Positions 28,813-41,875 are shown, counted from the stretch's first letter. The stretch: 64,000 bases of DNA from Amoeboaphelidium protococcarum X5 (GCA_023515725.1 JALDTO010000235.1:62001-126000); one strand, 5' to 3'. The notes: generated by a model not told the origin, from the sequence alone. Translations and numbers: made by a program.

Positions 28813-30933
28813 TCACTCAGGTATAAAAGCGCACTTACGTGTAGTTTCAATCATATAAAACAATTGTTGAGAGTCAACTATCATTGAAGTGGAGATTGCG
28901 TGGCAATACTCAGCGGCGAGTGAGACATGAGAGGAGTGTTGTTAGCATGGTAGAATATCCCAAATACCGTCATCATCTGTCGACAATATGACGGGAATAT
29001 CCAGCTTTCCAAAGTTCTTGATAATCGTATCGGATCTGGACATGATGGCAGAATCGTAAAAGTCGTTCAATAGATACTGATTGCTTGTCAAGTTAAGCTC
29101 ACACACAATCTTATATCTTCTCAGAATTTCTTATATGGCAATGCATGACGGCGAGAGGAATGCAATTCCATGGCCGACACGCAATCCACGACAGACATCG
29201 TGTGGAGATTATGCTGGCTGTATACCCAGTTTCATGATCATAGATTCCAAAACAATTTACGTAATTTGCATGTGACGGTCATAGTACTATTATAGATGTC
29301 GGCCACTAATGATGCTAGAACTTCTGGGGATATATTCTCCACAATGAATACGGAATCCAAAAGACTTTCCAGCTACGCCATGTTGTCTAAAATACTTCGC
29401 CACCGAGATAAACTTGTCATCGACAAAGGCACAATACGGAGCTCCCTTCTCGTTACCTACCCAATCGAATCCAACTACCCATGAGAGTATGATGTTTCTT
29501 AGGCTATTCTTAGTGTCACGCAATACGTTTGAGAGTTGTTTCACTTGCTTGAATACTTTGAGATAGAGCGATGATGGAGATTTTGCCAGTTTAGAAACTT
29601 CCATGTCAGATAGCTGCAGAATCTGATGGACGGCATAATTCGCATAAATCAGAGGATCAAGATTATAATCAGATACAGACTAGGTACTTCTATTGAATGA
29701 CGCCAAAAACTTCAATACAAAACCTCTTGGCTTATCGTGATAGAGCGATAATCTCTAACGCCAGAATGGCTTCTATGATGATGCCTTCTCTTGAGGTGCA
29801 TGAGACATCTTATTGGCGCTGTTCTTATTCGACACAGTTCTCTACCTCTTACGGCTTCGTTCACTTACATCTTTGCCAGTAGAGATATCATCTCGATCAC
29901 CATCGTCGAATGATGATGTATCAATTATCGGCTCTTTAATGGACTGGCTCTCTCTAAAAGAATTGTTAAGCAAGTGGTGCCAGACATGTTCCCGAAGACA
30001 ATCACTGATACCCAATGAAAATTCTACATACCGTACTCCAGCCTTGTCATAGTTATGAACTACGTGATTGAGTAATATTCCTAATACCTCAAGCTTTTAT
30101 TCATATATACAATCACGCATCTTAAATCTACTATCGAATTCCGGAGTGAAATTGGATCTAATTGTAGTCTCCAAGAGCAGATTATGTTCATGGTCTACAA
30201 TCTGTAATCCATCTCCATCTAGAAAAGTGAATGCTGATCTAATCTAAGATCTCAAGGATTAACAGTGAACATTCTTATCATTAGATATCAGCCTTACCAG
30301 GTCCGCATTTCTAATACCATACTTTATATACTGGAATTACTTCTCCCTTGAATTCAGGACTACGTACGGACGCATAATGTCAGCAAACTACATCTCTTAT
30401 GATATCAAAGCAGCTGAGAATCGCTTCTCTAATTCTGCCAATAATTCCTCAACTTGCAATTCTTATAATTGTTAATTTTTAGTATCCCAACTGTACTTGC
30501 TATGTATACCCAAAGCAGCTGCAAGAGCATCATACTTGTACACAACGTCGTCTGCGAACAATGTCCTAAAACAATCCCATAAAGTGTCACTCCTCAAATC
30601 TAAAATATCCTACGAGACTGAAACATCCAAGATTGATTCAGCATGAGGAGTGCATTGTAATTTCTTTAGCAGCTCATCAATGGTGATATCAATATTCAGC
30701 TGCTCTTTGAGTAGTCTACTTAATCGACGGCTGAGTTCTTTTACTGTCAGTACTTTTAAGTTTGGCGGAAAGCAGACAGACTTTGAATGCAGCAAGTATG
30801 TACTCATAATCTATCCCACCCAAAAGTTGGCATTGCCCATACCTATCAGATGAGTGTGCAGATCATACAGAGATTTTTTATGGATTTTCTCATTGAGCAA
30901 CTCTATCAATTGGCCTTTATCACTACTGTCCAT
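28813..30933 (-). CDS. Large adenosine/AMP deaminase-superfamily metallohydrolase, ~706 aa
   Basis: YDLHTHLIGMG, GVRYVEFS, VVGFDWVGNE, RIHCGE, LRVGHG, CELNLTSN, LSTDDDG all in one frame. Confidence 0.85.
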
Positions 30934-31315
30934 TCAGTGTCCCTTTATTGTTGAGTTGAAACAATGACCAGCGCCGATGAGTGAAACAAAGCTACTGTTT
31001 TGCGTAAAATGTTTGGCGAGTTTCTCCAGAGTATTGGCACAGCATACAGTACTATGCTGTGCCACCACTGGTCGGAGATAGGACTTCAACAAAGCAAACT
31101 ATAAGTAGAATAATTTGAATGGACATGTATTATTTGCGTACTTATTCGTCTGATTCGTAAAAAACCTTACTCTGACACTCAGCCACTAACCTCGGTGAAA
31201 AGAAGTTCATTGATCGACAGAGTTGGATATCGAACGATCTACAGCATCACAAAAATCATTCTTAGAGCATGTAAAGATCACGCACAAAAAGTCTGAGGTT
31301 GATCATTAGTCAATT

Positions 31316-33031
31316 TCAAAACTTTAAGCCGTAAAATTCGAGATAACGTCGTGGTAGTGATGACTTGACAGCTTTGGATTCTACATCATGCATATGCACC
31401 GATTTTACCAAAGCTCCGGAGTAGCGAGTAATGGGATCCGCAGTCCACTTTTCACCTGGCTAGATTTAATCAACTGAGAAAACTTTCCAGTTTAATAGCT
31501 TGAAAGCAAAATTTCTTTCTTCGGCAATTTTATCTTAATCTTCGCCAGTAATCCAGAGGTGAGAGACCCAAACAGCATCAAGAGCATTGTGAAATCCTCT
31601 GTTAATACCCAACCCCTGAGGCCAAAAAGGATTTTACAACGCATCACCGGCAGGACATATCAACGCGTACTGAGAAAGATCACCTTCTTTGGTAGGAGTA
31701 TTAGTGAGCCACTAAAAAGAATCGACACATAAACCTTTACATGAGAAATCAAAGACTTATACACCATTTTTCTTCGCAAATTATGCATGACTCGGTACTT
31801 TACAAGCATTGGCAATCTGACGCCCCATTATACGCAGCTTATCAAAGTTCATATTGTCTCCAGTCAGAGTTTCAGATACTTTGGATCTGATTTCATTGAT
31901 AATCCCGAACTCATGTAAGGCTTTCAGATTAGTTGTTCCCGCAATGAAGTGAGTGCTTCCACGCATATACTCCAAGTTCTCCAATTCTATGCCAGCAGTG
32001 TAGAGAGTACCAAGAACTGTTTACTTCCAATCCGCAGATGAGCGCCACACAATAAACTCGGGCAATTGTTTTTCACCTGATGTATAATGGTCTTTAGAAA
32101 ACTCTAAATTGATAACAATCCCAATGGCCTCACCATACTTCGCCACTTTGCGATCAAAGCCAAGACGCCTAATCAGCTTTGATGACTCGCCTTCAGCGAC
32201 TATTAAGGCATCAAATTGATACTGCTCCGCTTTACTCAACATGTCCAATTACTCTACAGACAGCTAGGCTTTATCATTGAAAACTGCGGAATCTTAAGAC
32301 TCGGCCTTTTCATAAAAATCAACTTTAGACGACTATTACAGTCGAGAAGTGTCAGTTTCGGACGGTTTAAGAGCTAGTTCTTACAAGATAGACGAAGATT
32401 ATCCTAAATACTATCGTGCACTGTCAGATGGCAAAGTCCAAACTCTCCAGCCTTAATCTGCGGAATTGCCGAGTTAAAGCGAGGGTCCCAGCACACCACA
32501 TACTCCACGCCCGAATTCGATCTGAGCACCCAATAATAACGCAGCTTTCAGAAGTGCGACTTGAATATTCCTGGTGCCCAAATGTAACTATCCATGCTTC
32601 TAAACTCCGCTAACAAAATAAGTGAGACCAAGAGAACTCAGATCGTCAAGAGTATTCTACCATGTTTTCAATATATTGTGCCTGGAACACTCTTGACGAA
32701 GCTCAATCAGCGTGACTTTATGACCAAGCAAAGCAGTTTCGACGCAAGCTCTCAATCCGCACGGACCAGCTCCACTTATAACAATTGATTTCTTAGACTC
32801 TTTAATCAATGACTTGTTCAGCTGCAATCTTTTATCCAGAACAGCAAAAACTTATTTGGCCTTGAATGGCAAATGTTTCAACAAAGAATCCCTAAATTAT
32901 CCATACCCATCATGCCGTGGATCTTTACCCAACAAACTCTGAACTAGAGATAAAGCGTCAATACATGGAAGGGAATCATCGGCAATAAGAAATGCCTAAA
33001 ATGCATCTTTAATCCTTGAATCTGAGCTCAT
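31316..33031 (-). CDS. Stand-alone MICAL-like FAD-dependent monooxygenase, ~571 aa
   Basis: VISGAGPCGLRACVETALLGHKVTLIELRQECSRHNILKTW, IQVALLKAALLLG, LENLEYMRGSTHF, AGDAL[Q]NPFWPQGLGINRGF, WTADPITRY. Confidence 0.88.
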
Positions 33032-33216
33032 AATTGAATACAAAGCAGATTATGCAGATACCGTAAAACAACACTAAAACAATAAAAAACAATTGAAATC
33101 AACGAGAAATGATCAACGTCGATCTTTGTAGTTTCTTCGTTCGAGCGCAAGTTACAGGCTTTAACTTAACGCGACTGGACACTACGACAATCTTGTGGCC
33201 CAGTAACACGACAATA

Positions 33217-34225
33217 ATGATCACTCAATGGAGATCTCAGCTCTAATAACGCGGCTACTTTACCATTAATGACATGTCTGTAATGAAGCCTTTTCACGTC
33301 CAACTAGAACTCAATATTGACTCACACGAAGCTGACTACATTTACTCTTGCATTTAGGAAGGTATTCATACTGATTGTATCTCTAATGGTGCATTTAAAT
33401 TATAAAAAATTATTAAGTTTCTAGTTGTAGACCTCAAGAATAATGATTTTAAGCCAACCATCAGTGTGTTTAAAAATACTTGCATCACTCTGAATAACTG
33501 CTTCGTGTCTGAGCTTCCACCTCTTGTTAGAATTGAAGGCAGTGCTAAATCTGGAAAGACTACATCAATGTAAGTTATCCAAATGAACACCCGTTCTTTT
33601 AATAAATTGAACGATGAAGTGTAGACTTACTTTAATACATAGCTTCTTATTGCAGTAGTAGAACGGACGCGTGCTTTGGCTGAATTGTGACAATTCGTTC
33701 TCTTTGATGAGGTTCGCGTAAATGATTGATGCGAACGGTAAGGATGGTGAGACCGCGACAGAGAGAATGTACAGCCTGATGAAACGTGTGGAGTTGATCC
33801 ATATCTCAACCTGTACATAATTACTTGCATCATTGCACTTAATTAAATCATAAGGCGGTAATAAGGAGGAATCACGAATAGTGGTTATTGATGGACTGGA
33901 AGCTCTTTTTCGACCTCTTTTGCAAAAGTATACCACAACTCAAATGGTGATTTAGGCGTTAATACGAGATCTTCCTCAGATAATTGGCAATAACATTTTA
34001 AGTTGTATCGTAAGTAGTAGACCGTTTGAAATGACTGGTAATCCTAAAGGTAATCGTAAACACTCACTCTCTATCGACCGTGGTGCTGCATCATTGTCCG
34101 CGTAGTGGCGCGATCTGTTTCATCTCACTATCGATCTCAATTATACTGATGATGGAGGTAGAAGTATTCACATCAACAACTTGTAAAAGTCATTATAAAT
34201 CTCTGATTAAGGTGTTATCTTATGA
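33217..34225 (+). CDS. Divergent RAD51-paralog (RecA fold), one intron (~33569-33623)
   Basis: IEGSAKSGKTT (Walker A), GRVLWLNCDNSFSLMRF, RIVVIDGLEALFRP (Walker B). Confidence 0.7.
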
Positions 34226-34601
34226 AATGATGATGATTTCTCTGGGCTCTAACTTCTTGATGTTTAATGCGCGTGTTTTTTAGCATGGAATTTTGCACAG
34301 TAGAGGTTGAATATGGAACTAAAGATGTTCCCGCTTTTTCTTCATACTCAGACTATGAGTAGCAAAGCTTAAGTCACTCATGTAGTAAACAAATATCATT
34401 TCAATTTGTATACTTCTACCGCTAGTTACTATAGCCATGAAACGTTCTTTTCTCAACGCTTTACTAATTAGACACGTCCTCAGCGCGAGGCATTCCGCTG
34501 TTTCACTTGTCGCAAGTTGTCCCTGTTGCAATAATCCCACATTTATATTAACGATAACCATCTGCAGTTACATTGCTTGCCATTTTTATTTGGAAGATAA
34601 T

Positions 34602-37600
34602 ATGAAGAGTTAAAGCGCTGAAATAAATAAGAACTTGTCCGTATTGCTTCAAAGTGTAAAGAAGGTTCAATTTGATTCTCAGTTCTTCTCCTAATGTCGT
34701 GACTTTATTGCTAAAGGCCCTCAGTCTACATCGTCTGCTAAAGCTTTGAATGTTGCCAGTGTCAAGTTGCTTGCTGCTTTGTAGCAAGTGCTAAAGTCAT
34801 AAGATGTGGTGCTGTCTATGGAATTGTTAAAGTTGATTGACTAGTTACTCTATGTCATTTACACCACAATGAAATACTCTAGCTATGACTCTGGTGATAT
34901 ATACAAATTGAATTATTCAGTCCTGAAAGTAGTAGTAGAGCGCGTTCCCGACGAATTGTTATGGAGGTTAAAGTAGAAAATGTTGTAAAATTTCATCTCA
35001 AGGATCAATTCTGACTTGGACTAGTCTATTGAAGATAAAGAGAATCAGAATGTTAAATCGCCATATGTCATTACAGATTCTACTGTTGACGTGAATTTAC
35101 AGCTATCCATCTATCTACTTGTTATCAAAGCTCAGTATTCTGCTGGATAGGATCAAGAGATTCTGAAAATCTGGTAGTCATAAAGTTAAAGTCTGATGAA
35201 TACATTTGAAAGTTCCCATGAGTGTCGTGATAGGTACGCTACCTCATTTGTTCAATTATTGTTGAAGTCTGCTAGAAGATGTAATAAGCCTTCTGTTTTG
35301 GATTACATTCCAGTCTTGAAATCAGTTTCGCGGTTAATTAGTCTCTGCTAGAATGGTATTTTGGTCAGGTAGTTTTTATAAATACTTTGCCATCTCCTTC
35401 AACAGCATCCAACTTTAAGTGAGAGAAACTTGAATGATATTGGTAGAATCTTTGAAGATTTCTTACTCCTAGTGGATAACAAGACTGGAGAAGATTCTGA
35501 ATTTATGTAAATGCTGATAAGCGCGTATAACTCTTATTGCTTAAAGGTAACTTTTGATCAATTGGATTCTCTCGCGATGGCCCTTAAAAAGTCGTCATTA
35601 ATAAGTTATCTCAAACTCCTGATGTCTCTACTCATAGATTCTCATAAATTCTGTGCCAAGTCGACGTCGAGATTACTCAAATCTGCCACCTTTGTACTGT
35701 AATAGCTCTAATCATTGTCTTTGGATCAAGTGATAGACTAAGAAGCTATTCTGCTTTGTGTTCAAAGTTCCTTACGATGCCTGGATAAACGTGGCTGCAG
35801 TGATGTATAAGCTTGCAGAGATTTTATAATTTCGCTGGTTGATTAAGTCGGCGATATTCAGTCAAAGCATATAGTATTATCGTATTTAGTACTTATCAAA
35901 TTCGCTGAGGTTGGTAACATTTAAACTAGATGGGATAAAATAATTGGGGTATTCAAGTCTTTCAATCTTTTAGAAAAGTTGTCTGATGCGCTCTATAATT
36001 AGTTTGTGGTGTGTGTGCGGGGTCTCAAGGAAGCGGATGCGCAATAGTATTTGAGTCTCTCAATACTGGGTCTTTGCGAAATTGGATAGTCCCTTAGTAG
36101 TGAATAAGAGCAAAAGCTCTTAAAGCATTATGTGTTAATGTCCAAGTAAATATCTGATCAATAAGAAGATTCAACTGATAGCTTCACATAGCTGTACATT
36201 AAAGCGAGTTCAATTCTGGCGTTGCAAGACAATCTAGTCGCATTGACAGAAGCGTATTTGCTGAATGATATTGTCTCAATTTCTATTGACAATAAATGTA
36301 ACTACGTGTTGCGGTTAGAAGTCGTTCTTTGCATCTTACTCGGCGTGTAAAAGGAATACGCGGTAAAGATTTGCCAGCGCATGATAAATCTAGAGTGTTT
36401 GGACGTCTGCTGGAGAATGTACATTACCGTTTTGGATAATGATTCTGAAGGCTGTCTAGCATTAAAAAAGTCGCCTTCATTGGATGATCCTATTGAGTTG
36501 CTTTTGGCTAATGCTCTTTTGGTTCGTTGTAAGCTGTCTGATGTCCAGCAATCCAATACCGTAGCGTCTAGTATTGACGTTCTTGAAAAAATTGAATCGT
36601 CTACTCTGTAATATCTTTTGGTTAGGAATCTGTTCAATGCGTGCCTATTCGCTGGCTTGATTGAATAGAGTTTGAGCTGCCTTGAGATTATGAAAGAGTT
36701 GAAATCATCTGATTTTATTGAAATGCAGATTTGGTGGCTTAAATTGAAGAATAGATGTCTTGATAGGTAGTGTTTGGAATATAAAGCAAATTCTGTGCAC
36801 CTACTCACTTTAAAAAGCCTGGTTGCTATTATTGATGGCGACTTAGATGCTAGTGATTCGGCGTACAATGAAGCTAGTTTGATTTATGAAGGACTGCCAA
36901 GCAAAAGCAGATATCTTTCTCAGGTGTTTTGCTTGATGTATAAGTCTTTTGCCTCCTTTTACATTGGATTGTTGGGAGCTGCTATGGATGAATGTAAATC
37001 TGCAATGTAACTCATACGCTCTATGCTGCAACATCCTGTTGTTGTGGAGCATTGGATTAAAGTCACTGACTTGACATTTCTTCAGTACTGCCTATGTGAG
37101 ATTTATTTATGGAGATGTTATTTGCTGTCGGCTATCGGATCTAATTTGGAAGCTGAGTATCACCTTGATAAATGCCTTGAGCTGTGTAAGTCTTTCCAGT
37201 TTACTGCTTTATCTACTATTTGTGATTACATGTTACAACTACTATTGATATAATCTGGCAAATCATAGAACGAGCTTATCTTGGGTGAATTAAGATTATT
37301 GCAGCTTCAAGCACCTTTGCCTATTTAGTAGAGAATTGTTTAGTAGTTATCCAGTTCTAGAAGTGATTCTAACTAAGGTGAGTTGGTATCTTAATAGCTG
37401 CAAGATTACCATAATAGTCTTAGATCTAATTTGCAATTATTCAACTATCTCCGAATGCACAGCAGTCTGTCTCTCCTCAAACTTCCAACAAAGATCAAGT
37501 TGAATGATGACAGCTTGACTTGCCAAGAGAAGATTTATCTAGAATGGTTTAAATTTAAGAAGGACTTGTAAAAGTCTCGATTTGAAAATGGCATTAAGCG

Positions 37601-39368
37601 GTGCGGACTTTTATTTTCTGATACTTAAATTGGCACAAAGGCCGACCGTGATGTCTATATGCTGCATTTATTCAAATAGGCTTTCATGATTTGCGAACCA
37701 GATTAGATCTAGAGTCTTGGCTTTGAAATGCTATAGATCATGCTATAGCTTCAGAGTAGTAATGAAATTTCATGGCAATCAGTTTTTGAGATTATGCATC
37801 TTATGACTGGTATATCATACTGGAGGATGAAGTTTCTGCAGATTTGCTCTCGATTGAAAATGGATACTTCTCCTCTTTAATGGCCTTAACTGGATAGTGC
37901 TGCGACTCTCGATCTTACCTCTGGTGATTAAGCATCATTACGGCTATTTCAGAGTTATTAAGAGATGAAGTCTTTGGTTGTAGATATTCCTACCAGCTGG
38001 ATGATCTTTTCTTGTGCTTATGATTCTGAACATTCTGTATTGTACATTTAATGCTGGATGGGACCACAGAATTCGTTTCTATTTCATAGATAGATCAAGC
38101 CTGATGTGATGAAGATCATTTAGGACTAGTATCGAGAGCTTATGACTGCAAATGATAGACTTAATTCCAGCGGCAAGACTATGACATCTAAACAGGACAA
38201 GATGTTATGGTGGGACAAAAGAGAATAGCTAGACTTGAAACTGAAGGATTTTCTACGCCAAGTGTAAGAGCAGCTGTTTGGTTGCCTCGCCGGGGTTATA
38301 AGAGGAGTTGGCGATTCTGATATCCCTCAGCTTGAGAAGTTTAATGTTTAACTAACCAATCTTTTTGTCAAATTTGAAATTCGTCTGGTTTCTGGAGAGG
38401 GATTCAACCTCATAAGTAGGATTTGCGTTTAGATGTAGGATGATATCGACGATTTTATTCTGGTTGATTTAGTGCATTTAGTACAAGCAATGCTACCTGC
38501 GAATCGCATTAAGGCGTTATCATCCTAGCGGAATCTGTCCATGTTTAAGTAGTAATTGCGCTCAATTCTTCCAGGTAGATAAATAGAATCTTGTCCTTCT
38601 CATGAGCACATAGTTTTAATTCTGGACAAACACCTTCTCTAACTACCTTTAGAGTCTATGCCAATGTTCCGCCACTAGTCGGTCAGCCGAGCTATTTCTA
38701 TGCGACATTTGTAAGACTTGTTGGAACTATCGCGCGACTCTGGCAAGTGGTCATTTTCACCATCCGACTCTGCAATGTTATGCCAAAATCCAAAGTCTTC
38801 TTATGTGCTTAATCCATCTGGAGATTTGAAAGCTACCGAAGAACGCTTAAATTTTATACTGAGTTCGTCTTCTGACTTGGGCAGATTGGCCCATTTAAGT
38901 GACCATAGTATTGGCGAGTGTTTACGAGACAATCATCTGTATATGTACTTTGGTCACGGAAATGGTGACGCTTTTTATAAATCTCAAGCTTTGACTCATG
39001 TCATTTAGAGTGCAGTTGCGCTATTTTTTGGATGTAGCAGTGCTCGATTGAAAGATTATGGCTGCTTTGATCCTTACGGATCCGTTATGGATTTCATTAT
39101 GGCCAACTCTCCGCTAGTTGTTGGAAATCTATGGGATGTCACTGACAAAGAACTAGATAAGTTGAGTGTTAACATTCTCCTCAGAGCTGGAATTTTGAAG
39201 AATTCTGATATCAAAGGAACGTATTTTGAATCACTTTAGATGGAAGAGAACTGCCAAGTTGTGTCTATTACTCAGGCGCTAGCATTATCAAAGGACCAAG
39301 TTCGACTTCCGTACCTCACTGGCGCTTCAATGATCTGTTACGGCATCCCCGTCAAGTTTACTCGTTGA
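34602..39368 (+). CDS. ESP1: Separase (~1590 aa; start uncertain)
   Basis: WWDKRE[Q]LDLKL, LILDKHLS[Q]LPLESMP, YVLNPSGDL, YMYFGHGNG, LFFGCSS, VVGNLWDVTDKELDK, LPYLTGASMICYGIP. Confidence 0.92.
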
Positions 39369-39634
39369 CATTCTCTTTAGTATTTATTATCTATCTGCTC
39401 TTTCTCCTTCACATCAAAGAATAATTTACTGTAGTCATTTCTTCCCATGTGGGTTAATCGATCATTGGTACACTTTAAAAAAGCTCCAGCAATCTTTTCA
39501 TTGGGGTCCCCACATAGCCCCTTAATAGCAGAGTAACAGTATAGTACGAGCATAACGATAAGCAATTACAAAACACTTCTATGATTTAGTGATCAGATGT
39601 TAAGCAAGGCGCAATAGAGTCTCTTGCAAGACCT

Positions 39635-41875
39635 TCATATGGACATCACGAACTCCTTGTATAGTGTCTAATCCGCTTAGTTCGCAGTAACCAATTTCAC
39701 TTCTTCCTTAGAAAAACTTCGAGACATAACATTATATGATCCAACATTATCCCGATATGCACGAAAATCACCCAACATGAAGTACTTATCAGCACCAAGA
39801 CAGTTATGTAGCACATTCTGAAACGGATGTTGTTTCGACGTAAACTCCTCCGTTGTCACGAGCACTTACTTTCCAGATCTAAATATATTAGCTTATGCCA
39901 TTGCAATAAGTTTCATACGACACTTGTAATGGCTAAACGCCAATAGAGTCTTCCGCGTATTTTTATGGAGAATATGCCCAGAATTTTATTAACCACGCGA
40001 GTGTGTTACCAGTACATCGGCCGTATCACTTAGAACGAGAGGTAGATTCAAGCGCTTTCTCCGTTTCTTCACCATCTTAATAGTCAGAAACTCGGGAAGA
40101 ATGATTAGATCATAATGCCGCATCAAAAAGTTGCCAATTCGGTTATGCAAATTCGATACATATGCAGAGAATTTGGTGTAAGCACGACTAATGCCAATAT
40201 CAGTGGGAACAACATTATTCTTTGATTACTTCCATGTGTGCCATAATTCTTTCTTCTACGCTTTAAACTCCTCCAGACTCAATTGTCCATTCTGTAAAGC
40301 AGCTGCGCGATTATCCATCTAATCTTTCAGAGACTATGCATTGGAAATCTATTCACTCTTATTCTTATAAAGCTACTTGAAATCAGGCGCAATCGCAATG
40401 AATGACCTGCGATCCAAATCGAAGACGGTCATGCTCACTCTAACACCTGGATCCACCGAGCAAGTGTTTCCAGTTTAACGGCAACGCGCATCACGGCGGC
40501 TTATAAATGATCTAGCACCTTCAAGATTCTCATCTGCATTATTCATATCTTGCACTTGCTAGTAATACCAATCAGTGAATGGACCTTATATACAGGAGGC
40601 ATCATACGAAACAATCACAAAGAACTTTTTTCTTCTTTTCACGAGCTTGAACTCTCTTCCTCAGCCATAGCCAAACTTGATGAAACCGGGCCAGTAGTCA
40701 ATCTTGCCAGGCTCTTAGAATAGAGGATCTTTGGCATACAGTTTCCCAAAGCTCTTGAGGAATGAAGGCAGTAGGCGGACGCGATTGCTATCTGGATCTA
40801 CACGGGCATCTTACGCTTGAAACTGGAGCATCTAAAACTAATCATCATCTCTATTTGGCATAAAGTTGTAGTCTTTGATATCACCCTTTGTATACTTCTC
40901 ATGAGCCGCATAGTAATACGTGCGAGTCGCATTAATAATCTCATCTTGCACTGTAGATGGCATTCGCATCCAACGCAATCTTGGGTCGTCATCAGGCACG
41001 CGGCACTTTTTGGCTTTGACTTAACTTAGCGCAACATGGTTCCCTAGCGCTTGTATTGACACCTTTTCTCCTTAATCTCTGGAATCATTCAAAATGTTAA
41101 TGATGAAATTGACCATTTGAAACTTGAGATCCAGCCATTCATTGAATTTGTGTATGAACTTCTTATCAGGGAATATACGAATATTAATCGAGCGTATCTG
41201 ATCATACTGATTCAGTTCGGCAATCTCTCGCCGATTTTTCATCTTGCCGATTTTTGGTTTCATGTTTTCCAACGCCACTAGAGATTATTCCGAAAGCTGA
41301 AGCACTTTCTTCTTCTTCTTCTTCTTCTTCTTCTTCAAACTCTTAGATGACGACTATTACTGCTTAGATTTCCATTTAGCCATTAGAGAGTCTGTATCTG
41401 ATGCAATCTACTGATTCCGCATTTTGGATTCAATGATATTCTCAATTTAATGCTGCACCTGACTAAAACTTTACTTCTCCTGGCTCTCACTTACGTTTTG
41501 TCCCATGTCTTTACGATTCAAATTAGGATTGAACTTTGCTGTTAAGGAGTGTTCTGTTTATTAAGATTACGGTATTTGCCAGTCCTTGTCAGTGCATTTT
41601 AACAACAGTCGTTAATTGAACGCGTCTGTGTTGCCATTCCAAACATAATGTCCAAACCATTCAGATTTAGTATTATACCAAGGGGCAAATACTGGAGCAA
41701 ATGCGGCAAATGATGATGCGCCAAGTTCTTTGACTATCCGAATATCAACTTCATTGATCACCTTAGCACACACGGAGAGAAATCCGGGAATATCTTGATG
41801 ATATGCTTAAGTTTTGAAATCTTCTAGTGCTGTCTTTGCAGCCGCAGATAATTCACGTTTTTGGCTTGGCTACAT
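39635..41875 (-). mobile_element. Fanzor (Fanzor2/IS607-TnpB-like) RNA-guided endonuclease gene, ~746 codons, interrupted by one in-frame TGA at 40661-40663
   Basis: IRIFPD..FNEW...N (TnpB N-terminal motif), RuvC-I SVDPGVRVSMTVFD, NLHNRIGNFLMRHYDLIILPEF, LHKNTRKTLLAFSHYKCRMKL, VTTEEFTSK, RuvC-III RDNVGSYNV; about 30 in-frame TAR=Gln codons; K10 tract. Confidence 0.88.
41306..41335 (-). repeat. (AAG)n tract encoding K10, a putative NLS of the Fanzor
   Basis: 9xAAG + AAA in the Fanzor reading frame. Confidence 0.85.

Noticed and set aside
26300-30933. P-loop relic plus deaminase as a eukaryotic RADAR (RdrA/RdrB) pair
   Set aside because: The loci are convergent, the NTPase is too decayed to classify, and adjacency in a compact eukaryotic genome is weak evidence
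40661-40663. Internal TGA in the Fanzor as selenocysteine
   Set aside because: No redox motif context, no recognisable SECIS, and no known Sec use in this family
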